A stretch of 64,000 nt of DNA from Amoebidium appalachense (taxonomy: Eukaryota; Protista; Ichthyosporea). The notes beneath the pieces were generated by a model. The model saw only the letters and a program-made list of their open reading frames with translations, was not told where the DNA came from and did not search any database. The position numbers and the translations under genes are program-made. How positions within the stretch are numbered: position 1 is the stretch's first letter; the number at the start of each line of letters is the position of its first letter. Below, in pieces: positions 53,915-64,000 of the stretch. The stretch covers positions 8,808,818 through 8,872,817 of the forward strand of contig CAVNZM010000008.1 of NCBI GenBank assembly GCA_963693365.1, written 5' to 3'.

Positions 53915-54096
53915 ACCACACAAAAGAACTGCCCTCCCGTAATCCCCACCTTCCCCCCCACCTCTCTCTACGGGGAGCAGGCTTCCTTCACTATGAATCC
54001 CTCAAATTACTTTTTGTATCATAGCCTCGCATTGGGATATAAAATTAGGCCGGAAGCGAGAATCATGTAGCACATAGTGTTGAACTGGAAGCGGGA

Positions 54097-54132
<36 letters not shown>

Positions 54133-55687
54133 CTGGTCGATGATTGTTCTTAGGCTTTCGGATTCCCCCCCCCCCCCCCCCCTCCCCCCATTCCCACCCC
54201 ATCCTCCCAAACGAAAGACCTCTTCCTCTAGTCCCCCCCCCCCTCCCTGGCCTATCCCCATTGCTACCTTGAATCCGTGTGTTCTAGGCACCATGACGCG
54301 CAAACATACATGTCGATAGTATTCATGGTATGTGTCTTATATAAAAATGGCGAGTAAAACATATTAATTAGCATATTTATTATGTATACTTGTGTATACA
54401 CCTCGCCCAAGTTACCATGGCAGTAGCCTAGTATGCTAATACTATCATATACTTTGCGTCAACCCGTCGTTTTCCCTATGTAATGCTCAGTGCATGCGAG
54501 GGCGTGCGCTTCCTTCATGTGTATACTTTTGGGGGGGAAAGGGGGGCCCAGGAGGAAGGAAAATGATCCTGCATGCTTTTCCCAAATGTCAACTTCCCTC
54601 CACATACTATCCTCTTTTCCTCCCCCTTCCTTTCCCCTCCCCCTCCCCCTCCCCCCTCCGGGCCCCCTCCCCCCTCTCCCCCCTTTGCCCACTATTACTG
54701 TATAGAATGCAGGTTAGCCAATATTCTTTTAAGTGGTCAAAGTTTGTGCTTTTATAACGCAAGACTATAAATTGGTTCAATAAAGGGCACTGTTTTATTC
54801 ACTTCACAATCCCTCCCCCCCCTCTCCCCTTCCCCCTCCCCCCCAACACACGCACACAAACCCCCCCCCCCTCCCCCTTGCCTTTCCCCCCCCCCCCCCC
54901 CTTCCCCCCTCCCCCCTCCCTCCCCCTCCCCCCTCCCCAGTCCCACCCCACAATCCTACCGTGATCCCCACCCCCTTCTCCACTCCTCTTCTCCCCCTTC
55001 CCTCATTCCTCCGCCCCCAACCTCCTTACCCCCTTCCCACCCCCTCCCCCCCTCCCCCCTCCCCCCCCCCCCCCCCCCCTCCCCCCCTCCCCCCCTCCCC
55101 CCCCCTCCCCCCCTCCCCCTCCCCCCCTCAACCCCCCACCACGCTCCCCGTATATTCCGTCCCTCCCCCCCCCCCCCCCCCCCCCCCCCTCCCCCCCCCC
55201 CGGATTTTTTTTGCAAAGACCGACAATGATCCTTTGCCCTGTGTCACGTAGTGAACTATTAACCCGTGTGGGTTATTCTCGGCTATATACCACATGATGA
55301 CTTCGTAGTACTTCTATAAAAACATCAAGTTTTGTCAAATTCCTGATCTTTGTAATACGTTGATAGAAACATGAAGTTTTGTCAAATTTCCGGAGCCAAT
55401 GTCCTTGAATTTAGGAATCAATTCTAATACATGTCCTGGAGTATTGTTTTGAAATTTGTTACACATTACGGGTTAATCCTTACAGGCTATTATAAACATG
55501 AAGAAAGCTCGCGACATGCGACTCGGATGTGCGACCATTAGTCGGACCATAAATACGATAGGCTGAGGTATTTAGAGGAAAAACCATTGTTGGGGCGGAC
55601 AGGGGGGGGGGGGGGGGGGGGGGGGGGGAGGGGGGGATGCAGCAGGTGGAAACGTCCTGTGCCTTCACCCCCCTCCCCCTCTCCCTC

Positions 55688-55731
<44 letters not shown>

Positions 55732-55874
55732 AAAGCTCTTTCCCCGCCTTCCCCCCTCCCTCAAAGTAAGGTTAAAAAAAATCGAGGGAAAATAACCATA
55801 AAGAAACCTATACATGCATGCACGCGCACGTCTGCACGCACATGCACACACACACACATACATACATACACACA

Positions 55875-55918
<44 letters not shown>

Positions 55919-55992
55919 AAATAAAATAAAAAAATTTACACTCTCACCCACACACCCACACACGCACATGCCCACACACACACACGGACAAG

Positions 55993-56025
<33 letters not shown>

Positions 56026-56030
56026 GGACA

Positions 56031-56090
<60 letters not shown>

Positions 56091-56229
56091 TGCACCAGCA
56101 CCCTTACAAAGTTACATATACCGATAGAGTTGCAATCGTTCACATACTTCTGAAATGTGGGTTGGTTGGTTGGTTGGTTGGTTGGTTGGTTGGTTGGTTG
56201 GTGGTGGTGGTGGTGGTGGTGGTGGTGGT

Positions 56230-56271
<42 letters not shown>

Positions 56272-56300
56272 TCTCATAAATCTTTTTTTTCTTTTTCTTT

Positions 56301-56347
<47 letters not shown>

Positions 56348-56369
56348 TCTAATTTTTTTTTTTTTTTTT

Positions 56370-56400
<31 letters not shown>

Positions 56401-56437
56401 GAGGCTCTGATAGCGTTTTTTTGTTCTTTTGGGTGGG

Positions 56438-56468
<31 letters not shown>

Positions 56469-57085
56469 AGGGGTTCTTTTCTTGGTTGCCGTTAGAAATA
56501 GGAAAACGAAAACAAGGTCAGACAGATGTGCCCGTAGACAGATGTGCCCGTAATCATAAGGGGCCCCGTTGGGAGGGGGAAGTGTGTTAAACTGTACGTG
56601 TGTTTGTGGACGGAAGGGGGAGGGGGGAGGGGGGGGGGGGGGAGGGGGAGGGGAGGGGGGGGGGGGGGGGAGGGGGGGGGGGGGGGGGGGGGGGGTAAAG
56701 TGTGTTGAATTGTCCGTATGTATGTAACAATGTCATGTGCGAAAGGATGTACAGTGTGTGTGTGCACTGCCAAACACGGTCGCCCCATTATGCCATTCAG
56801 TTGACGAAAAATTTGCAGAATTCGAAGATTGGGTCGACGGACACATTATCTATGGGTAATCATGCACACCACCCTCCTCTCTGACCATCCCCCCCCCCTC
56901 CCCCCCCCCCCCCTTCCCCCCTCCCCTTCCCCCCTTTCCCCCCCCCCCCCCCCCCCCCCCCCCCTTCCCCCCCCCCCCCCCCTTTTCCTCCGGGGGAGAC
57001 CAGAGTGCACAATGCACACACGAGACTTTATGCACACACGTGCACAGTATAACACACTTTCCGCTCAAACTCGTGTTCCTTCTCC

Positions 57086-57158
<73 letters not shown>

Positions 57159-57468
57159 CCCCTCTCCCCTCCCCCTCGGGGCCTCCTCCGACGGGGTCTC
57201 AGATTTCACACAGGCAACACATGAAAATGCGCACACACGAACACAGGCACCCCCCCCCCCCCCCCCCCCCCCCCTCCAACCCTTCGCCCCTCCTCTCAGC
57301 CGCCCCCCCCCCCCCCCCCCCCCCCCCCCACCCCCACCCCCGCCTCATCCCCTTGCCCCTCTCCCTTTCCGGGGACTCAGGGTTCACATTGAACACACAT
57401 GACATGGAACACATTTATGCACAGTTTAACAAATCCCCCCTGCCCTGAGATCCCCCCCCACCCCCCTT

Positions 57469-57507
<39 letters not shown>

Positions 57508-58011
57508 AAAAAAAAAAAAAAAAACGAAAAGAAACAAAAGACCCCCCCCCCCCTCTTCCCCCCTCCCCACCTCCACCTCCCCTTTCCTCGTCCTCCCCCC
57601 TCCCCCCTCCCCCAACAACTCCCCCCCCCCCTCCCCCCACATTCCCTTCCGCCCTCCCCCTTCCCCCTCCCCCAACTTTCCCCCTACCTATGGGGGTTCA
57701 GAGTCCATATAGCACACACATGGTATTCGCATGAGCTGTATACAGACACGCGCCTACGAGATGAAAAATATTGTGAGTTATTGAATTCCTGCAAATCAAT
57801 CCATTCCTGTGAATTATTTGTTTCCTGTATTTTATCTGTTTCCTCTAAATTATTTGTTTCCTGTAAACTTTCTGTAACTTTTTAATTTATTACTAGATTC
57901 CTGTAATTGGGGCCGCTGTGATGGTCTCGGTTGAAGAAAAAGGGGAAAAGTTGCACCGTAATGTCGGGCTTCTTGGCCTAGTGATGTGTGTGTGTGTCAC
58001 GGTGTGTGTGC

Positions 58012-58066
<55 letters not shown>

Positions 58067-58690
58067 TGTGTGTGCACGCACGTGTGTGTGTATGTACGTG
58101 TGTACTACGGTGCATGTGTGTGTGTTTGTGCGCGTCGTTTTTCTTGGTTTTTGTTTCCATTCTTCCTGGGCTTATCTTGTCGGTGGTTGGTGGGTTGGTG
58201 TGTTTTCGTTCTTTCTATGAAGCATGAGGGGTAAATGACAGAGTGTGGGGTTTTGTGCTGGGGGATGGATCATCAGATAAGGTTAAACATAAAGGTGGGT
58301 GATTGCGTGTGTGTTGGGGCTGGGGAGAGGGCAGGGTGGGGGGGGGGGGGGAGGGGGGGAGGGGGGAGGGGATAATGGTAGTTAAAGCCGTTGACTCCCA
58401 TTTAGGAATTGCTTTTAACGGCTACGCTTACCTAAGAATCATATTTGATTAGTTGGGGTTGATGTGTCCCCCCTCCCCCCTTCCCCCCCTTCCTTCCTAA
58501 CGAAGTTACCCCTCTCCTCTCCCCCCCCCCCCCCTCTTTTTTTATTCCCTTCCTCAACCCCTTCTTACTTGCCCCCGAGATTTCTACGTCTTTCAGCAGC
58601 GAGGTTTCACAACAGAATATTCCTCACCGTTGGGAATCCGAACGGTTGTATGGAAAGTTTTTATTTTATTTTATGTTTTTGTGTGTGTGA

Positions 58691-58757
<67 letters not shown>

Positions 58758-59075
58758 GGGGGGGGGGGGGGGGGAGGAGGGGGCATATTATGCGAGTGAA
58801 AGAGCTCCAGTGGTTTAGTTTCCTTCTATCTGATTGGCTGGTGTTAACCCGACCGTAGCCAATCAAAAGGTACATCGCAAAACGCTTTGCAGGAGATGTT
58901 TGTAACAACCACGTCCAGTCAATTTGAAATTTGGTACCTGTCTGCAACTGTGATGATTATATAACTTGGATCCGAGATGTTCACATGTAGAACCTTCTAT
59001 CTCCCTGCCCCGACTCTCCTTCCGCATTTCCTGTTCTATCGTCTTCCTACTTAGGGCCTTTGTTATTATCGTATC

Positions 59076-59111
<36 letters not shown>

Positions 59112-59227
59112 CCTTTTTTCCCGGCGCCCGCCCCCCGAGCTCCCCCCCTCCTTTATCCCTTCAACCCCAGGACCGGGCTTGCCTACTTCTCTCGGAACTA
59201 TAGCTTGCAGCAGGTTGAACCACAATG

Positions 59228-59370
<143 letters not shown>

Positions 59371-60337
59371 CACGCGAAACTATCAAACACGTTGACACCT
59401 TAAGGCGTCCGTTAACATGTCATGATCGGTAAGGTTTGCCAAGGCACAAAATCACAAAATCACGGAATTACATCTCAGATTGTACTTGTTACTGGATAAC
59501 TCGTGAAGTTTTTATTGTCTTCTCCGTATGCCGTGCTTACTTGCATATCTTTCCGTTGAATAAATCCAGTCAAAAGAAAAAAAAAGAATTACATTCATAG
59601 TGCAAGCAGGGCCATGATCTCGGATGACTATATTACCATGGTACCGTAGTATGAACGTACATTTTAAAATTTGAAATCTATGTTAACTTTTGGGCAAGTG
59701 ACAGGATCTATCTCAAAACCCCGTATGGCTAACATCATCTAGGATAAATTTATAATGAAACCATGCCAAGCGGCGGTGTTTGTAGGCCCGCATAGGCTGT
59801 TGAGCACTGGTACTCAGTAGTACCTTTTAATATATTACTACTCGGATCTGGTATATTGTTAACTACTTTGCAAATACTACTATTATATTTGGCCATGGTG
59901 GTAGATTCTAATTATGAAACACTCATTGCCAATATGGAGTCTGTGCACTGAGTTCCAACATTCCCCTTTCCACCACCATCCTTTGGTATGCTAAATTTGT
60001 TATGATAGAATAGTCTATCTGTTTATTCCTGCTCTTCCCAGTCACGTAGCCTAGCTGTTCCCGCCTATCCCGCCCCCGCGTACTTGGGGACCACCTGGGG
60101 CCGCATACGCCAGGAACCATAACTGTCTTCCTATTGGCTAGTACATAATCCCGATCTATCCTGAGAGACTATCTGTAATCCTATTGGACGATGTATTCGC
60201 GGACTGGCATCCGCGCAGGTATATAAAGCAGCCGGACCATCCTCAGATGGTACCGGAGGATCCGAGATCTCAAACCACTTCCTGCGAACCTCTCTACTCT
60301 CGATCCGCTATGTAGAAGTGATTGTCTCTTACAGAGG

Positions 60338-61745
60338 TCACAGGACCGAATCCTGCCTCTGCTCCACATTTATTCCGATCAAATTTAGCATCGGTTTGCT
60401 CAACTGGGCACAGGGGCACAGGTAGGTACCTATTGCATGCACCTGCGCCAAAAGAGCCGCAGCCACAAGCGAGGGGTCCTTTGCTGCCTTTTTCGTCGTC
60501 TCTTGCGCCGTTTTCATGATTTCCGCCTTCATTTTCGCGATTTGGTCCTTCAAATATTGCTCTCTAGCAGCCATTCTCTGGTGTTTTGTGGTCTCCACGG
60601 CAATGTAGCGCTTGACATACTCGACGTGTAGTTTCTTCTGTTGCCGTGCGTGTGCCGAATGCTGTCGCGCACGCGTAAACACCTGCTCGTTATTTTTTTT
60701 CTGCCGCTTGCACTCGGGTTTCGCACTATTACTACGGCCGTGACTCCTTTTCCCGTTTTTCTTGTCCGGAATTCGGAGTTGTTGTTGCGAATCCGTGGTC
60801 TTGTTTTCTTCGTTCTGTCCGTCGGCGGCCTCACACATTCCAACGGGACCAAGCGGACCTTGGCCTGACACGCATGATTCACCCACCGACCTGCCGACGT
60901 CCTTGGCTAGCCCGCTGTCGTGGGCAAGTATTGACTCTGCGTATTTGTCAGACTCCCTCGGACAACCCGCCAGTCCAGAGTCATCCACTACTCACTCCCT
61001 CATCTCAACGCACGGCGTTCATAGTTGCGGAGACACCATAGTGATACCATGCGCCCAAGGTACCACGGCCGGCAGCCCGCGCCTCGTATCCGATTCATCA
61101 CCAAGGCTGGGACCTCCTCCGAAATCGACCCTCTCGCCTGTCCGCGTGTTTAATGGAGTAGTCCGTGGGTACTTGATTCATCCTCTGAGTCGGAAACTAT
61201 ACACAACGTTAACGTAAGCAAAGCTGCTGCATGCCCCCGGGTGCATTCGGTGTGGCCTGTGTGACTGTGCGTGTTCGAGCTCACCTTGCAGGACTTCATC
61301 TTCTTCTGTAGCGACGGTTGTGGTACTATCCACTCCAAAGAAGACATCGTGACACAAGCGATTGCCGAGGCTGGCCATACAAAGACTCTTCGAAGTCGGA
61401 AGACCCCAAATTCTGCCTGCGCATGGATGTGCCGTCGGCGTTGGCGTTACTGAACATTTCCATGTAGGTGCCCATGCATGGGCCAGAGGTTATGTGAGAA
61501 GAAGACGTTGTCGACGTTGTAATACCATCATACTCGCTTGGAAAAATATCGTTCAGGATGTCTTGAATCGAGTCGATGTTCAAATCTGAGTCGTCGACGT
61601 CAACGTGGTTGTTCCCAGGCATCACGTCGACATTCGTGATATCGTGCCGTGCTGTGAGTGCTGGCGACCCCCAACCTTGGGCTATTGAAACACCCTTGAG
61701 GCGTTGCCACTTCTGTGCGTGCACCGGTGCCTTTGGCTTGCACAT
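60338..61745 (-). pseudogene. bZIP paralog 3; C-terminal 216 codons intact, N-terminal half broken by stops and frameshifts (or unresolved introns)
   Basis: NEQVFTRARQHSAHARQQKK plus zipper and AAKDPSLVAAALLAQVHAI match paralogs 1 and 2. The upstream ATG ORF 61745-61326 has an acidic stretch and SLYG as in paralog 2. TGA stops lie in between. Confidence 0.65.
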
Positions 61746-61898
61746 ACATCAAAGTTGAACGTGAAAACTTTGATCACGAGATCTTCAAACTGTTTATCGA
61801 TGTTTTTCAAGTTTGTGAGCCGCGCACCAATCCAATTTGCGTTGACTTCCGCTTTAACCATTTTTGGACGTCACCAAATTCCACAACAGCCAAATACG

Positions 61899-62020
61899 GT
61901 CTGATTGCCTTGCTCTGATTGGTATACCTTTCTGATTGGGTTACCGACGACCAGAAATTTTCCTATGATAACACTCTCGCAATCCTATTGGTTCAACGAT
62001 TTCTAGAGTTCCTATTGGTG
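61899..62020 (-). promoter_or_regulatory. Cluster of CCAAT boxes upstream of bZIP paralog 3
   Basis: Four ATTGG motifs within about 110 bp, 170-280 bp upstream of ATG 61745. Confidence 0.3.
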
Positions 62021-63187
62021 CTACTTTCTAGAGCAAATCAATTTCTGGACTCTGGAGTCCTGGACAAGCAACACACTTATGAGTACCTCACAGTCACGGT
62101 GTCCACATAAGTAGTCGCTAGAATAAACGAAAAAGGGAAGAAGTGCTAGTGCTATGTTAGAGGAGTGTTATGAGTGTTATGTCGTGTTTCCAGTGAGCTG
62201 GAATAATCGATTGGCGGCCTCACATTGCGCCCATCACGGCCTTTCCTCGCATGCATATGTACGTGCGTACACCGTGTCTCGTGCGCGTATGCGTATGGCA
62301 TGCATACGTGTGCGGTTTTTTAGTTAGCACGCCGGTTGGTAAAATGGTGAGTCAATCAACGGCGATTTGATGGGACAACTTTGGATCCTCTTTTCCTCAC
62401 CGGTGCATACGCGTGAGCCTTGTGACAATGCCACTGTATCATATGTGATAATAATGGAGCCACTCGAGCTCTTTAACATGTGTACTTACTACTACATATG
62501 TACTCACGGTTGCGGCACACACACCAGCCCAAGGTGGCCTGGTCGTGTGAGCTTGGAGGAGGTAAATATATATACGTATCATGGGGAATCCCATGCGGAG
62601 CACCTTTGATATGTGACACAGGACAAAACAATCGATAATCTACTATGTACTGGTACCATTATCAAAAACAGACTGCGATTGCCTTGACCGTCGACCCTGC
62701 GGATGCAGGGTTGAACCAAACTACACTTGGTTGCCGCAAATCTACAACGGTTGAGTTACCAATGTCGATTACAACAATTAATTTCCTGTGTCAGCAGCTG
62801 CTACATTATTGAGCAAGAATTTTTTTGTTGAACTCGAGTTTAACAATGTTAGCTATAGTTGCTGTGTGCCCTTGCTCTTGCTGTTATTAACTATTTAAAG
62901 TATGTCTCTTAAAGCCGATTGCGCACAGTGCTGGTCTACTAGGCTAAGCTAGTATGCAGTGCATACCGTGATACTAGTACTACTATAACCTTCACCTTCC
63001 GGACCAGTCAAAAAGAAAAAGAAAGAAAGAAAAAAATAAAAAAGAAAAGAAAAGAAAAAGAAAAGAAAGGAAAAAACCCCTTTGATTCCATCATAGTGTA
63101 TGTTTTTGGTAGGAACCGGATGTGTCCGGTCACATAGCAGTACACTGTGTGCAATCATATTGTGTGGACATCACTAGAGGGGGGCCT

Positions 63188-63234
<47 letters not shown>

Positions 63235-63575
63235 GGGAGGAGGGGGGGGAGGGGGGAGAAGGGGGAGAAGGGGGGGGGGGGGGGTTCCCCCCTTGGGGGG
63301 GGGGGGGGGGGGGGGAGGAGGAGGGGGGAGGGGGGGAGAAGGGGGAGAAGGGGGGGGGGGGGGGGGTTCCCTCTTTGGCCATGGACGGGTGGAGGGTCCT
63401 TCCCCTTTGGGCTGGGGGGGTCGGAGGAATGGGGACCCAAAAACCCCTCCGGCTAACAGGGGGAAGGGGGGAAGGGGAGGGGGGAACAGAGAGAGAGAGA
63501 GAGAGAGGGGGGGGGGGGGGGGGGAGGGGGAGAGAGAGAGAGAGAGCGAGAGAGAGAGAGGGGGGGGGAGAGGGA

Positions 63576-63690
<115 letters not shown>

Positions 63691-63956
63691 ATCGAGACGT
63701 ATGTATGTGGGTTCCCCCCCCCCCCCCCTCCCCCCCCCGGTCCCTCCTGTACCGTCCCCCCCCTCCCCCCCTTCCTCCCCCCCTCTCCCCCCCCCCCTCC
63801 CCGGGCCCCCAGAGCCCCCTCCCCCCCCCCCCCCCCTCCCCCCAAGGGGCTACCTTGAATGTATCTGAAACTTTGACACAGGAAAGCCCTATGATATAGC
63901 ATAGCTTACGGTCGTGCACTGTGTTCGCCCCCCGTGCCCCCTCCCCCTCCCCCCCC

Positions 63957-64000
<44 letters not shown>

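Noticed and set aside
60992-61180. Three in-frame TGA codons upstream of bZIP paralog 3, suggesting Sec or readthrough
   Set aside because: TAF5 uses TGA as a stop, joining to the ATG ORF still needs a frameshift, and no SECIS was recognised. Decay or unresolved splicing is simpler.

Overview
Eukaryotic nuclear DNA with spliceosomal introns and very dense poly-G/poly-C and (CA/GT)n, (GA/CT)n repeats. Most ORFs in the supplied track are repeat artefacts. A unicellular opisthokont such as an ichthyosporean is a guess only. Manual splicing recovers an 18-exon TAF5 gene (minus strand, 685 aa, start codon split by an intron). It lies head-to-head with an 8-coding-exon METTL2/6/8-family tRNA m3C methyltransferase that has a mitochondrial-presequence-like N-terminus. 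Also present: three paralogous bZIP loci lacking the invariant Asn, an IER/SERTA-like gene, a class C GPCR-like 7TM locus, a nad1 NUMT, LINE remnants and a MITE. The most striking signal is a family of about 10 intronic, 5'-truncated, probably Penelope-like retroelement copies that start at G-tracts. Their 3' region carries a hammerhead ribozyme core (CUGANGA, GAAA, NUH) whose three strands occur in an order matching none of types I, II or III, supported by compensatory changes between copies. All protein-family assignments are from motif recognition by eye, not database searches.
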